Below, in pieces: positions 49,149 to 61,021 of a stretch of DNA of 64,000 bases. Under the pieces are notes generated by a model. That model searched no databases and was not told the DNA's origin. It saw only the letters and a list, made by a program, of their open reading frames with translations. The stretch covers positions 1,612,001 through 1,676,000 of the forward strand of contig JAMWBK010000002.1 of assembly GCA_029953675.1 (NCBI GenBank), written 5' to 3'. Both the position numbers and the translations under genes were made by a program. Origin of the DNA: Rhodosorus marinus CCMP1338 (Eukaryota; Plantae; Rhodophyta). The first letter of the stretch is position 1. Every line of letters begins with the position of its first letter.

Positions 49149-51174
49149 GGAACTGAGGTGAAAATATTTGAAAATTCACAACTACTCGGTTTGAGGGCAG
49201 CGTTTAATAACTAACTGCCGTCCCAGTCAACCAAAAGGCTGGTTTTCTACTATGAAGCGTGGCGTGTTGGGAGGACCTGGAATTACGGAGCTGGAAGCGT
49301 TCGAATGCCGAGGCGGAAAATATTTTCGGGGAAACAGGTTGTGGGCAGAGCGGTGGGAGGGGGGGGTAGGGGAGAACCCCGCTACATCGGGCAGATGAGC
49401 ACTACTACGTTGACATCCTGAGCAGTGAAGGGACTCGTGGCCCCCATGCGGAAAAAAAGGGCATTTGCTGAAACTGAGCTGCTGGCGAGCTTCCTAAAAG
49501 CTCTAGAATCGGGCCATAGGTCATAATTGTTTTTTGTTTCAGAGAAAACCTGGTCCTACCCTACTGGTCTATTGCATATATGATGTTGCAATAGATTTTT
49601 AAATCTCAAAGGCATTCAGCACGGCGATAGATTTCGACGAAATAAATCCTAATGCCTTGCGTAATTGTTTCTGCTTTATTTTCCGTTTTGCTTCACGTAG
49701 GTTTCATATCAAAAGCCGTCCCGTAATCATTCTGGAATCTTATTCGTCACGTGCCTACTTCTGATCAAACACGATATTGTGTTTAGGAGATGACGTAGAT
49801 TATTGACAGAGACCTTTTTGCATTGATTTTCGTTGAAGTATCCCCCATACAAAAAGATATTGTTGTTGGAGGCACAATCTGCTTCTGTTTTGCAAAGCAT
49901 TTCTCTGCTGCGGCACTGGAAGCATGGATTGGATGCCACTGGGATTGCTCCGAATCAGCAGCAGTAACAGCACGACGAGGCCTTTTTTTCTTTTTCTTTT
50001 TTTCTTCCGAACTTAGAGAACCCTATCCAATTAAGCTTGTCCGAGCTTTTGGGAGTTGCCCCTACTGCTCCAACAGTAGCGAGTTGCCAGTGGAGGAAAC
50101 CCTTCGTCATTTTCCATGGAAGCTGGATATCCGGACGTGAGTTGGAGGGAGGTGCGGGGGGGGAGCGAGATCATCAGCAATAATATCGGGGCCTGTAGGT
50201 GTGCGATACGTGGTTTTGTGGGATGCGAGCGTTGCATAGAAATGAAAATTCCTGCTTCGCAGATAATGCTGATTAATTTTGGGTTACCTAGTGTTTTACG
50301 GAGCATTCGTACCTGGCTGTCATATGCAAGAGGTGTAGAACCTTTACTTTTTTAGAACGACGTTTTTCAGCTACATTCAAGTAAACAAACAAATATACCC
50401 CCTAATTTTTCGTCTTGCTTTGGCATTTCCGCATTCTGGCTGAAAACTTGACTTCCTTCGAGGGACGTCCATTCTCCAAGTAGGCCTTCACCCTTGTGCT
50501 TTTTCATTTTCTGCCGAGGCGTCAAGTTTGCCCTTCCCCAATATTGCCCCCATTATTGCAGAAACATTTCTTTCCTCAGGTGTTGCAAGACGAATTGACA
50601 CAACTTACACGCATCCCACCCCTTTTCGTTTTCTCTGTCAATTCAGGGAGACTAAAGACCAGGCGCAATCGTTTCTCGTTCGTTTCCCCCCCTTCACCGG
50701 GGGAGATCAAATGAAAGTATACTAATCGAAGAACAACGCACTAACTTAAAACGCGTTTTTGGAGCGGAAACTGCGTCTTTAGTTTTCCTGACGGATTTTT
50801 GGTTCTTTCTGAGCAAAGTCAAAACTTGCCGATAAGGTTGAGGTTTTTTTTTCATTATCATTTTCCGTACTGTCTTTTGCCAGAAGTTTTTCGCTTCTTT
50901 CTGTTATCCATTGTGTGGGGCTCCGTGAATGATGGTGTGGCACTCTCTTCTCACGGGATTTGGGTAGATCCGACAGCGGCGTACGCTAGCATATTGACGT
51001 GGTTGTATGCGAGGAAAATGCTCTTGGAGACCAACGCGCAGGAAATGGTACATAGAAGCAATCCTCTCGGGGCGTCTGTGTTGTTAAAGTGGTACAGTAG
51101 TGCACGACCTGCAGGTCGTTCAGATGGGTTGAGGAGTGAGGGTTTGTGAGTTGAGTCGTCATCGACTGGAAAAA

Positions 51175-52134
51175 ATGGACATGGAAAAAATGGACACGGG
51201 AAAAATTTCGATTATGAGTTTGCTGGCCCCCACAGGGGAGACGCTGGTTGAAACTTGTTCGGAAGCTGGCTATTTGAACGCAGAATTGAAGGAGGAAAAG
51301 ATTGCGGCAATGGAAGTGTCTGCGCAGACCGTGGGGTTTTCTGAATCTCAAATTGAGGACTCGACCCTCGGTGCCGCAAAAACATCGGCTTTCAGGAGCG
51401 CCCAAAGGCGCGAATGGAACCTGAAACATTCTAGGAGGTCGCGGCAAAAAGTCGCTCACGCCCTGAAGCAGCTGACAAGATCTTGCAACCGGGTGGCTAG
51501 TGTCGGTACTCTGTCCCAGGCCGAGGTTATGCATAGCGCATCCCAGATCATTGACACCCTGCGACGGGATAATAAGGCACTTCAGGCTCAAGTTGAGCTT
51601 CTCAGTGAGTGGAGCAGAAATCAGATCGTGTCTGACATTTGTAGGGAGCACACTTCCCCAACCGATGCCTTGGTGAGCTTCTCTAGAAGAGTTCAAGTAG
51701 CATGGAAGTCCCCTCTGGTTGAGATTTGGACTCAGCCTTCGGATCACAGCGGTGCTTCGAGGGTGGCCTCGGTGTCCCATATGGAGTTTGAAAACGCCGA
51801 AGGCAAGGGTGTTGGCATTCCCAAGACCGACAAGCTAGTTTCTACGAGTGGATTACCGTTCCGGGTGTTGCATTCAAAGCAGGATGAGTGGATGGACTCT
51901 CAGGGGCTCCTTGCTGAGCGTCCTGAGCTGCGAGAATCTTCGGTGATTCCACCGCACAGTGTGCTATGCTGCTACATCAGTTTGCAGTCCAATGCGTACG
52001 CACTGCAGATGTTCCTCCCAAGGGAACCGCAGTCTAGAACTCACTTTCTAAGGGATGTGAAGATGGTTATAATGTCGTTCTCAAAAACGTACACGCGGTT
52101 GAGAACACCGACTCAACGGTCGCCTGCCATCTAG
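51175..52134 (+). CDS. Intronless transcription factor: basic region plus HLH-zipper plus C-terminal GAF-like domain
   Basis: RREWNLKHSRRSRQKVAHALKQL...LSQAEVMHSASQIIDTLRRDNKALQAQVELL; then PLVEIW, GKGVG, GLPFRV, YALQMFLP. Confidence 0.8.
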   Translation: MDMEKMDTGKISIMSLLAPTGETLVETCSEAGYLNAELKEEKIAAMEVSAQTVGFSESQIEDSTLGAAKTSAFRSAQRREWNLKHSRRSRQKVAHALKQLTRSCNRVASVGTLSQAEVMHSASQIIDTLRRDNKALQAQVELLSEWSRNQIVSDICREHTSPTDALVSFSRRVQVAWKSPLVEIWTQPSDHSGASRVASVSHMEFENAEGKGVGIPKTDKLVSTSGLPFRVLHSKQDEWMDSQGLLAERPELRESSVIPPHSVLCCYISLQSNAYALQMFLPREPQSRTHFLRDVKMVIMSFSKTYTRLRTPTQRSPAI

Positions 52135-52823
52135 GAGACCATCGTATTTGTCACCGTACCTAACTTTTTGTAATGATATATGGCTGGTAGGGCCACACCT
52201 TGAATTGAAACTACTACGAGAACTGCTTGAACTGCCTTGTGCTTGGACTGCCTTGTAGAATTGCGCTAGATCAACTTGTAGGTGAGGAGGGTTTCAACTT
52301 TCGACTGTTTATTTACTTCGCAACCCTGAATGGCTAGGCGCGCGTTCTTCGCCATGGAGCCGATGCCATTCTGTCCAGAGAAAGTATTGCTTTTTCAGAT
52401 AAAAAAGGAGAATGCGTAAATCCCCAAGCAACACATTCGCGAATTGGTAGTTGGGCTCTCGGCCTCACGCTTTTTCGTGTTCGCCGCCCACCCAATGTTG
52501 TTGACGAGTGCTGATTGAAAAGGCTCATGAGCTCACCAGTATCCCGCGTTGGTTTTTAACTCTTGAGGTCTGAGCACAAGTTTCCGCAAAAGCCCGACTA
52601 GTACGTTCGCGGCAGCAAATAGAGCGTAGAGCACCTTTCTGGGTGACTGCTGAAGGGTTCAGCAGAATATGCGATCTCTGCTTCGCCGCGCGATTGTCCG
52701 TCGGAATATCGCTGGACTTTCGAGCGAGGTTGATTCGGAAGCTTTGGTTTCCTTGTACTGAGAGCTCGTATCTAATACCAAGAGGGAGAGCAGACGCTCA
52801 GTCGTTGAACAGGCACGCCCGGG

Positions 52824-54391
52824 ATGGCAATCCCTGCTGAAGGCGAGAAGTTGGTGCAAATGTTGTCTCGCGTGGATGAACTCCGACCCAAGTACTGGGA
52901 GATAGAATGGGCATTTGATAGTGTGGCAGATGCTCGATGGATTCGTTTCCATCGAGAGGGATTTTCGGCGTTGCCGGAAGAAGTGGATCCCGGTGGTGGG
53001 GTTCTCCTTCCAACCGGAAGAGGAGCCCGAAAAAGGGAGCAAATAAAGTTCTTGGTCAACGCTGCCGGTGCTTTTCTTTGTAAAAAAGTTGATGGCGGCG
53101 TCCTGGTGGACATGTGCGGTGGATGTGGCCATGTTGGCTTGGTTTTGGCAGCTCTGTTCCCCCAGTGGGAGGTGGTGATTGCGGACATGAATCCTAAGGC
53201 ACTGGCAGTAGCCGCCAAAAGGGCATCTGATGCCGGCCTGAGCAACGTTCAGACGTGGGAAGGACGTATTGATGAATTTGATCAACCCTTTGACTTCTGC
53301 ACAGCCCTTCACGCCTGTGGTATTGCTTCGGATATAGCTATTGCAAAAGCTATCGAGGCCAGAGCTCCCGTTGTGTGTGCACCTTGTTGCGTCGGTAAGC
53401 TCACGTCGGCGCTTGAAGTTAACGTAAATTGCCTCATCCAACTTTCCACTAGTAGACTAGCTTGTATCGAATTGAGGGTTGCATGGTTCGCGTGTGCAGG
53501 AAATTACCTCGTTGTACCTCAGCCGTTTCTTATTACGTGACCGTGGGGATGGAGCGTTTGATGACGCAGCAGCTTGGCTTCCGAGAAGCAGAGCGTTTAG
53601 GGCAAGCCTCAACAAGGAGCAGTACGCCGCAATCGCGAAGGCGGCAGATTTTGGTGATCAATCACCTAGTGGTGGAGTACGCTTGGCGCAAATTAGATAT
53701 CCATAGAAGCTCCATGTGCTCTTGTCATGAGCATCACACGTTGGCCTTTCGATTGTGAAGCAGACTGGTCTTTTGCGGCTAAGAAGAGATCACTTTAAAT
53801 ATATCTTGTCAACAGGTTGGATCATGGAGAAGAGCAGCAAAGAGCTTCACCGAAATGGATCGTGTCAATTGGATAGCTGAACATGATTATGACTGTCGCC
53901 TCGTAAAGCTCGAACCCCTAACTTCCACTCCGAAGAACGATGTCCTGATAGCTTGGCCCTCGGAGGAATGCGATGGGATGTCGTTGGATTTTGCAAGAAT
54001 CCATAGGCCAATGGACTTGGAGCTGTATGAGAGCCAAGGCCCGCTGGGGGATTTTCCAAGTTGGCTAGTGGAAGAGATTTCTAGCAAGTTACGAGGACTC
54101 GAGGGTGAGCTGACACTTGATCAGTACAAGGGTAGTAGGGAACGGAAGGTACCTTGCAAGTATTCCCACAGCGCAAGCGTCAAGGCACGAATTGAACGGA
54201 AATCCTATGTGCTCAATCCCTTCGGCGGACTGCGTACTGCACGCAATCGTCCGCAGCTCGTTCATGTGCTTGCAGGGCAGATGGGGTACCAGCACCGCAG
54301 CAAAGGAACGGGAGCTGGCAGGAGAGTTACTGTCTGTCGACCTGCGAATGGTCCGGATTCCTCAAGGCGACTCGATGAAGCGCATAACTAA
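52824..54391 (+). CDS. GSTCD-type class I SAM methyltransferase (Methyltransf_32-like) with C-terminal R3H domain
   Basis: RKREQI, VDMCGGCGHVG, LHACGIASD, APCCVGK, DRVNWIAE...TPKNDVL; intron from 54149 joins RERK|LVHVLAGQMGYQHRSKGTGAGRRVTV. Confidence 0.88.
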
Positions 54392-55354
54392 TGAACAGCA
54401 GCAGCTGGCGAGCGCCGGCTCCGGATCCAGTGATCGACTATCCTCGACAAAAGTTTCAAACAGCACATTTAAAAGACGCTAATGCCTTACAACCCCCATC
54501 CCATTCTGCATACAACCAAATAACAGTATGCTCAACGGGATAGGGCCAACTATGATATTACTTGAACTGAGGATTCACCCAAAATTCGTCTCATGTGGAG
54601 TGGTCTCACTCCACATGATCAACTGGCTAATCCCGAAAAGAACTGCGAAATCTCGACCTCGATCTTGTAGCGGTAGATGGATAGCACTCAATTTCTGAAC
54701 CGTTTTCAACACGCTTCTTTCTCATTGCGGCGACTTTTTCGCGTATTAGGAGATGTGGAAAAAGCGAGCGTGGCGTTTCATCATGAAGTCGTTCCAGGTA
54801 TTGAAGACGAACTCCCCTGCAATCGAAGGCCCAAAAATTCTTTTTCTCAACGACTTAGGCGAGATGAGTACCGCAGGAAAATCAGAACAGTACAATACCA
54901 AAGTGATCGGGGCGGCTTTGGACTTCGTGTAGTTTTGTGTAGTTTTTGTTGATCTTCGTGGACTCCCATGAACTTCAAACACGTCGGTGAAGCGGATAAG
55001 ATGTAGAAAACGATCTGCTCAGACAGCATCGCATGAAGCGACGAGTTGGTAGTCTGAGTTAGACCGCCCGGTTTCAGGACCTCCCGGGTTGAATCAACCC
55101 AACTCCAGATCAGCTTGGCCACTTGTAAGGAAACGGAACAGTCTGGACCAGCTCCTGCGTGCTGGGCTAAGCAGATAGTCGATGGACCCCGTCCAAGACC
55201 AGCCCGTTCTCGGACGTTTTTGAGGCGCCTAGTGTGCCGCATTAGAAGGCGGCGAACTGTGCCCTACACAGTACCGAGTGCTCGCTGGGACGCGCTGTCG
55301 CCGCCTTGGCCCGCACGCTTAGGAGTGCTTTGGGTATTTAGTTCTTCATACTAC

Positions 55355-56590
55355 TGTTGTGGCTCTTAAGCCGTGTTCGCAAAGTCACTCAAGAGCGAGG
55401 CATTTGTTTGAGATAAGAAAATTCGATTTGCGTTGCCGCTCTTCAAAGCATGTTATAATAAAGCAACTATCCAACACGAGGTCCTGACAATATCAGTTCT
55501 GGTCAAAAGTGTTGTGAAAAACATATTGTGTTTCAGAGGATGGCGGCGAGGACGAGGGGGAGTGTTAGTGAGCATGACGCGCGCTTGAAGGATTTCGCGC
55601 TACCGTCAGTGTTCAGCGGGGATCAGGATTCGTACCGATCCTTCCGGAACTGGAGATATCAGGTAGAGTGCTACCTGACCGTTCAAGGTCTTCGGGATGT
55701 AATTGACAACCCGATAGACGCAACGGAATCGGAGAAACAGTATGTCTCCGGGGTATTCTCCAAAGTGCTGGACGGGCCAGCACTAGACACTGCCTTTGCC
55801 TCTTCGAGAGAGGCAGCCCCAGAACAGGTATGGGCGGCGCTCCGGGCTAGATGGTTTGATCGCACGAAAAATGGCGACTCGGAGATTTTGAAAAGGCGCG
55901 CCGGAATCCGTTTTGGGCTTGACTTCCTTGAACCTCGTACTCGGTTCAGTTCCTCGAAGTCATTACAGAGACCTGCCCAGTCGAGGCTTTTGTCCTTGGC
56001 CGCGTAATGGAGGAAGTCTGAGTATTCGTCGCCCCTCTCCTCCAGAATCTTCCGAAGGACCCGGTGTTTTTCGTCGTTAGTGGGCGGCACGCCTGTTATC
56101 TCCCTTATCTCTGCAAACTGGGTTTGTAGCCAGTTCACCAGAGAGCTTGGTGCCTCGTTGGTGGGTAGCCTGCGCCGATACGCCTTGCCCCATAAACTAT
56201 CCGCCGTCTCGCGGGAGGAGGGCTCATATCTAGCCCGGAGCGCCGCCCACACAGGGTTCTGGGGCTGCCAATGACGAGCATGTCGTCCGCATATACGGCT
56301 ATTAGGCACTTTTCTCTTCGGAAAACGCAGCTCTCCGTACGCAGCTTCTGAAAACCTTGCGCGCGGAGATCATTGCTGAATTTCTCGTGCCACTCTCGTC
56401 CTGCCCGTTTCAATCCGTATAGGCTTTTCTTCAGGTGGCAGACATGATCTGCCTTGCCTTGACTGTTCCAACAAAAAGGATCGATAATACTTTGTACTAG
56501 ATTACGGTCTCTCACGAGGACGTTCGGTTGGTTTCCTACATATACGCGTTTTGTCGCTGGATCACTAGCTCAAAATCTTTGCAATTTTTT
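55355..56590. mobile_element. Rearranged Ty1/copia relic: putative LTR end and gag-N on plus; gag-C, RT and integrase-tail fragments on minus
   Basis: TGTTG...aataaa...CAACA (55355-55476); gag ATG 55540 with FSGD..FRNWRYQVECYL; RT LKKSLYGLKRAGREW...VYADDML on minus; DPATKRVYV at ~56530-56565. Confidence 0.85.
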
Positions 56591-58369
56591 TTTGATTGTC
56601 CGCTCCCTCAAGGCGTATGGTGGACGCCGGCAATTGGTTTATGATCCACCCGGGAAATACCATATCGTCGATCTGATGATCGAGGCGAAGGTGTAGCATT
56701 GAGCCTTCCAGTTCTCCTGGTGCTTGGTTCACGCCTATGGCTGTTGCGGTCAGCTTTTACCTCTGCTTAGGTAACGGAAGCTTTTGATATTCAACTACTC
56801 ATTATCCAAGTTCACATGTAACCGTTCTTTCCGTTGACATGCACGGATGACAAAAAATGCGCGTACAACTTTTCAAAACTTGTGGAGACTTCAAGCGGGA
56901 CGAGGTCTTGGATTTTTAAAGAAGCCATTCTTGCGTTCCTAATCCCGTCGTCACCATAATTCCGTCATATATTTCGGGCGAATTATTTCAATGTGCTGGA
57001 TCTGGATGCGTAACGTGCAAGAGATTCAAATCCTGTAGAGCAGATTTATCGTCAAAGAATAGCACATCAGATATATTCTTCGTCGGAATGCTTTTTATAA
57101 TTATTTCTGAATCCATGAAGCCATGAATCTATGGATCGTAGCTTCGATGTGAAAACTACTTCCTTAACCATTACCGAGGGTCCTCCACAACCCCACCCCA
57201 GAAGGCTTCCGAGGAAACTGAGGGTCCCTGAACATGAACCGCTCCAGCTGATGGTTTTGACTCTCAGCGAACTCGGTCTCTAGGAGGTAAAACTGAATTA
57301 TCTTGGGTAAAACTAGGACGCGATGAGATCCAGGGGAGCGAAGGGATACAATCAAATGGGGGTTTTCTGGGTTTTTCTATTTTTTTTTGTGCTCACGCGG
57401 AATCACTGAATCCCTTAAAATAGGATAAGCGGTGGCTGTTCTTAGGCTAGAAGTTTTATGTCTCTATATCAAATTATCGTTTCCGATCATCCTGTACAGT
57501 TGACGCGACAATATCAACTGCCCCCCCCTCGAAAAAGTCGATTGACTTTTCAAAGCTTCTGAATTATTTCTCGAATTGATTGTTTTTGGATTTTTCAAGT
57601 TTTTTTTTGCGAGCGTTAGGAGCCCTATTAATCGTGATTTCCGCTTTTGACTGAGAGAAGGCCCATTTTGGTGAGACTTGGACCAGATCTCCGAAACGGT
57701 TGATGGGGCAACTGGCAAAATGGAAATTCGCTCATTTAGCTAACTAATAAATCAATATATCCGGAAAAAAGAAAGAAAAAGTCAGATAATATAGACCCTA
57801 CCCTAGAAAGCACAAGAATTCGTTTTCGTGCTTTTCTTCCCAGAATATGGACTTGTGAAATCGTCAGACTTTTTAGGCAAGTCTCGGTGGGGTTTGGCAA
57901 GGAGCTGCGGGTTGGCTGCTGAAGAACATCGGTCAAGTCTGCACGCACGAGGAATGTGTTAAGGTTCTGGTGTTTGTTGGGAGTTGCTGCTGTAGTGGCT
58001 TTTTTGTTTTTACCAGCTATCCAGTAGAGGAGTTCTGTTTCTCTTCTGGGCAACATTTGCAGATAACTTGTGGTTCGCGAGTTGCAATGGCACTTCACAT
58101 GGAGCGGGCACTTGCGAGTCTGAGACTTGTTCTGGATTGAGAGGTTGCAGAGGGGTTTGGTTGGGTTGAACTTGCGTGAGGCCGGAGAGACGGAACAGAG
58201 CGACGTTGGAACGTGTTGAGCTAGGTATGAGCGAGCGAGGCGCCCGCTTGCTCTTAGATAGGTGGACCTTGCAGTCTGTGTCTAGTGAAAGGTATTGTTC
58301 GCGCTTGTGTGATTGAGGGTTTGCTCTTTCGTTCCAACCCAAGTGCAGTTCTCAACGAGCAGGGTGGAC

Positions 58370-60646
58370 ATGGCCCTTTCAGATCAGACCACTGCCTTTG
58401 TAAACGGCAAGCTTTTGCTGCTTGAGGAGGATCGGCTGATGCTTTTAGTGAAAACCAAGCCCAGCGTCGAAGGTGCGGTGGAGGTCGGATGGAAAGGTCG
58501 ATTCGGATTGGTTCGGTATCGGCAAGCAATGGGATCTCTACGGGGTAGCACGTTGATGCTCAGCATAAAGCAGCCAGGAAAGGTTGGCTGCTCTGTTACA
58601 GTGCCGTTGGATGGCTCAAATGTCGTCGTGAGCAACGCAAACACCCTTCAGCTGCGAACCCGCGAGGGAGTCAACTACATGTGGCTTCGCTTCAAGAGCA
58701 TGGAGCTTGTAAAAAATTGGCTGGTTGAACTTACTTCCTTGAGCAAAAAGGAAGTCGGCCTTCACGACTTTGAGATACTTAAACCTGTCGGAAAGGGTGG
58801 TATGGGAAAGGTTTTTTTGGCCAGACACAGACGCACCGGGGAGAGACTGGCGCTCAAGGTATGAGTTCCTTAAAAGGGCTTGGGATTCTGACTTGATTCT
58901 GAGATTCGACGTTCTTGTCCTCCGTGTCAATTGTTTGCAACGCTAGGTCATCGACAAGAAAAGCGTCTTTAGTCGGGAGGGTCATCTGCAGCACATGGTA
59001 GATGAGCGATTGTTGCTGGAAATGGGACTAGGCCATCCGTTCCTACTTACCCTGAGGTATTTGCCGCTAGAACATCGAGGAACCTTTCCACGCCTCTCGA
59101 GGTTGAACTCATTTCATTTTTACTGGATTGCGTGTTCCATGATGGGGTTAGATACGCATTTCAGACGGACAGGAACTTTTATTTGGCGACAGAGTTTTGC
59201 GAAGGGGGCGATTTGTATCATCTGCTGAAGCGCAGACGGCGAACTCTGTCGGAGAATTCTGCTCGCCAGATCACCGCTGAAGTGATTCTTTCTCTGGAGT
59301 ATATCCACCAGAAAGGATGTGTTTATCGAGATTTGAAGCCAGACAATGTGTTACTTGATTTAGACGGTGCGTACTGGTGTTGATAAGGCCGCAAACCAGT
59401 TTAAGTTGCAGTCGAGTCTCTGCCCTCGCACCCAAGAAAGTGCTTTAGAGTTCGGAGACTTCTGACCTCTGGTCTCCGTTTCTGGACACGCAGGCCATGC
59501 CAGACTCGCGGACTTTGGGCTCGCTAAGCTGCTAGCCAAGGAGAACGGGAAATATGAGAGGACGAATTCATTCTGCGGGACTGCGCAATACACTCCACCG
59601 GAGATGGTCCAGAAGAAATACTACAACCAGAGCATTGATTTGTGGTGTCTCGGAATTTTTTTGTACGAGGTTGTGGAAGGGTCCACACCATTTTACACCC
59701 GTGAGCGGGACCACATGTACAAAAGAATTGAGAAGGAGCAGGTGAAGTTCTCATCAAGGTTTTCCGAGGAATTGAAGGACCTCATTCGAGGGCTTCTGGA
59801 GAAGAATCCCAAACATCGACTGACATTGGAAGACGTCAAGAACCACAAATTTTACCGGGACGTGAACTGGGAAAAGGCGATGACAAAGCAAAACTGGAAG
59901 AGAGGTATATATTCTTCAAGGGAGCGTCGGGAGGTAGGATTTTTCTTCTGTCTCTTTCACGATTGCTGGGGCTTCAGCCGTCGGAACAGTCAAGTGGATT
60001 TGTATCTGACGTAACGCTGCGCTTTGCGGCTTCCCATCCCTTTCCTCCTTTTCATGAACTTTGTGTCGCTGACTAGGTTGCTAAGCAAGAGCTTCGGATG
60101 ATTAATACCGACAAATACAGGAACCTGACCGTCAACGAAGAGAAAGAGGACGGGCAAAATTCCGGTATGAAGTTTTTTGGGAAACAGAAAGAGTTCACTG
60201 CTCTGCTACCGGGATTCAACTACGCACCGGACGAGCCGGAAGAGATAGAGTCCGCAGTATCGCTAAACACGAGGAGCGTATCAGACGCTGATGACTCGGC
60301 ACGGCGAGTGATGGAGCAAGCTCAATTGCGGCATAGAATGAGCCTGAAGAAGTTGAACTTGCGCAGTTCCCGTGGTCATACTCTCTCGCGACGATCACGG
60401 GAAAAGATGAGTTTCTCAAACAGTGGGGATCTAGAAACAGAAAGCGTTGGTAGCGATCGATCTGCAAGCTTGAAGAGCGGGTTTTGGAGGCGAGGAGTCA
60501 ACAGCTGGAGAGTATCCGTAAGTCAACGGAGGTCGATGAAGCCCAATGGAACGAGTCCCCGACACAGCGCATCATTCAGGCGATCTGGAGCTTTCGTATC
60601 GTTGAAAAGACCGCCAAGACCGAAAACCACCATGTTCAATTTTTAG
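58370..60646 (+). CDS. PH-domain AGC-family Ser/Thr kinase (Akt/S6K-like), multi-exon
   Basis: PH-like N-terminus ending KNWLVEL; GKGGMGKV, LALK, HPFL, YRDLKPDN, DFGLAK, SFCGT, C-tail PGFNY. Confidence 0.93.
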
Positions 60647-60936
60647 GACCGCGGATTCCGATTTCTGCTCAAATCCTAGTTTTATTCTTGGAAGTTTTCT
60701 GCTCCTCGTCAATTGAGCAGAAACCGCTTTCTGGATTGTACATTGCAACGGCTTGAATTGAGACTGTGCATCAAAACAAGAGAGAATGAAACCCTAGTGT
60801 AGGGTAGCCACATACCCCTTCCTCTTCAATATCCAGCTCAATTGTGCTGGTTAGCAACTTTCGAGTGCCTTGGTTTCCCAAGGACTCGTTTCTCGATGTG
60901 CACTTAGAAAAGATCGTGTACTGCTCCTAGGAAGCA

Positions 60937-61021
60937 GACTCGGTAGCTCAGGGTAGAGCACTGCCGCTAAACGAGTTTGAGTTCCAGCCCCACATGGAGC
61001 TCTGAGTCCTGCAAGGGCAGT
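60937..61021 (+). pseudogene. tRNA-derived sequence (tRNA pseudogene or SINE head)
   Basis: GACTCGG-TA-GCTC-AGGGTA-GAGC-A forms a perfect D-arm/A-box; B-box-like GAGTTCCAGCCCCAC; CTGAGTC at 61002-61008 can pair with the 5' acceptor; no canonical anticodon arm. Confidence 0.55.

Noticed and set aside
54500-55320. Several 80-130 aa ORFs between the methyltransferase and the copia relic
   Set aside because: No motifs recognised and no coherent splice pattern
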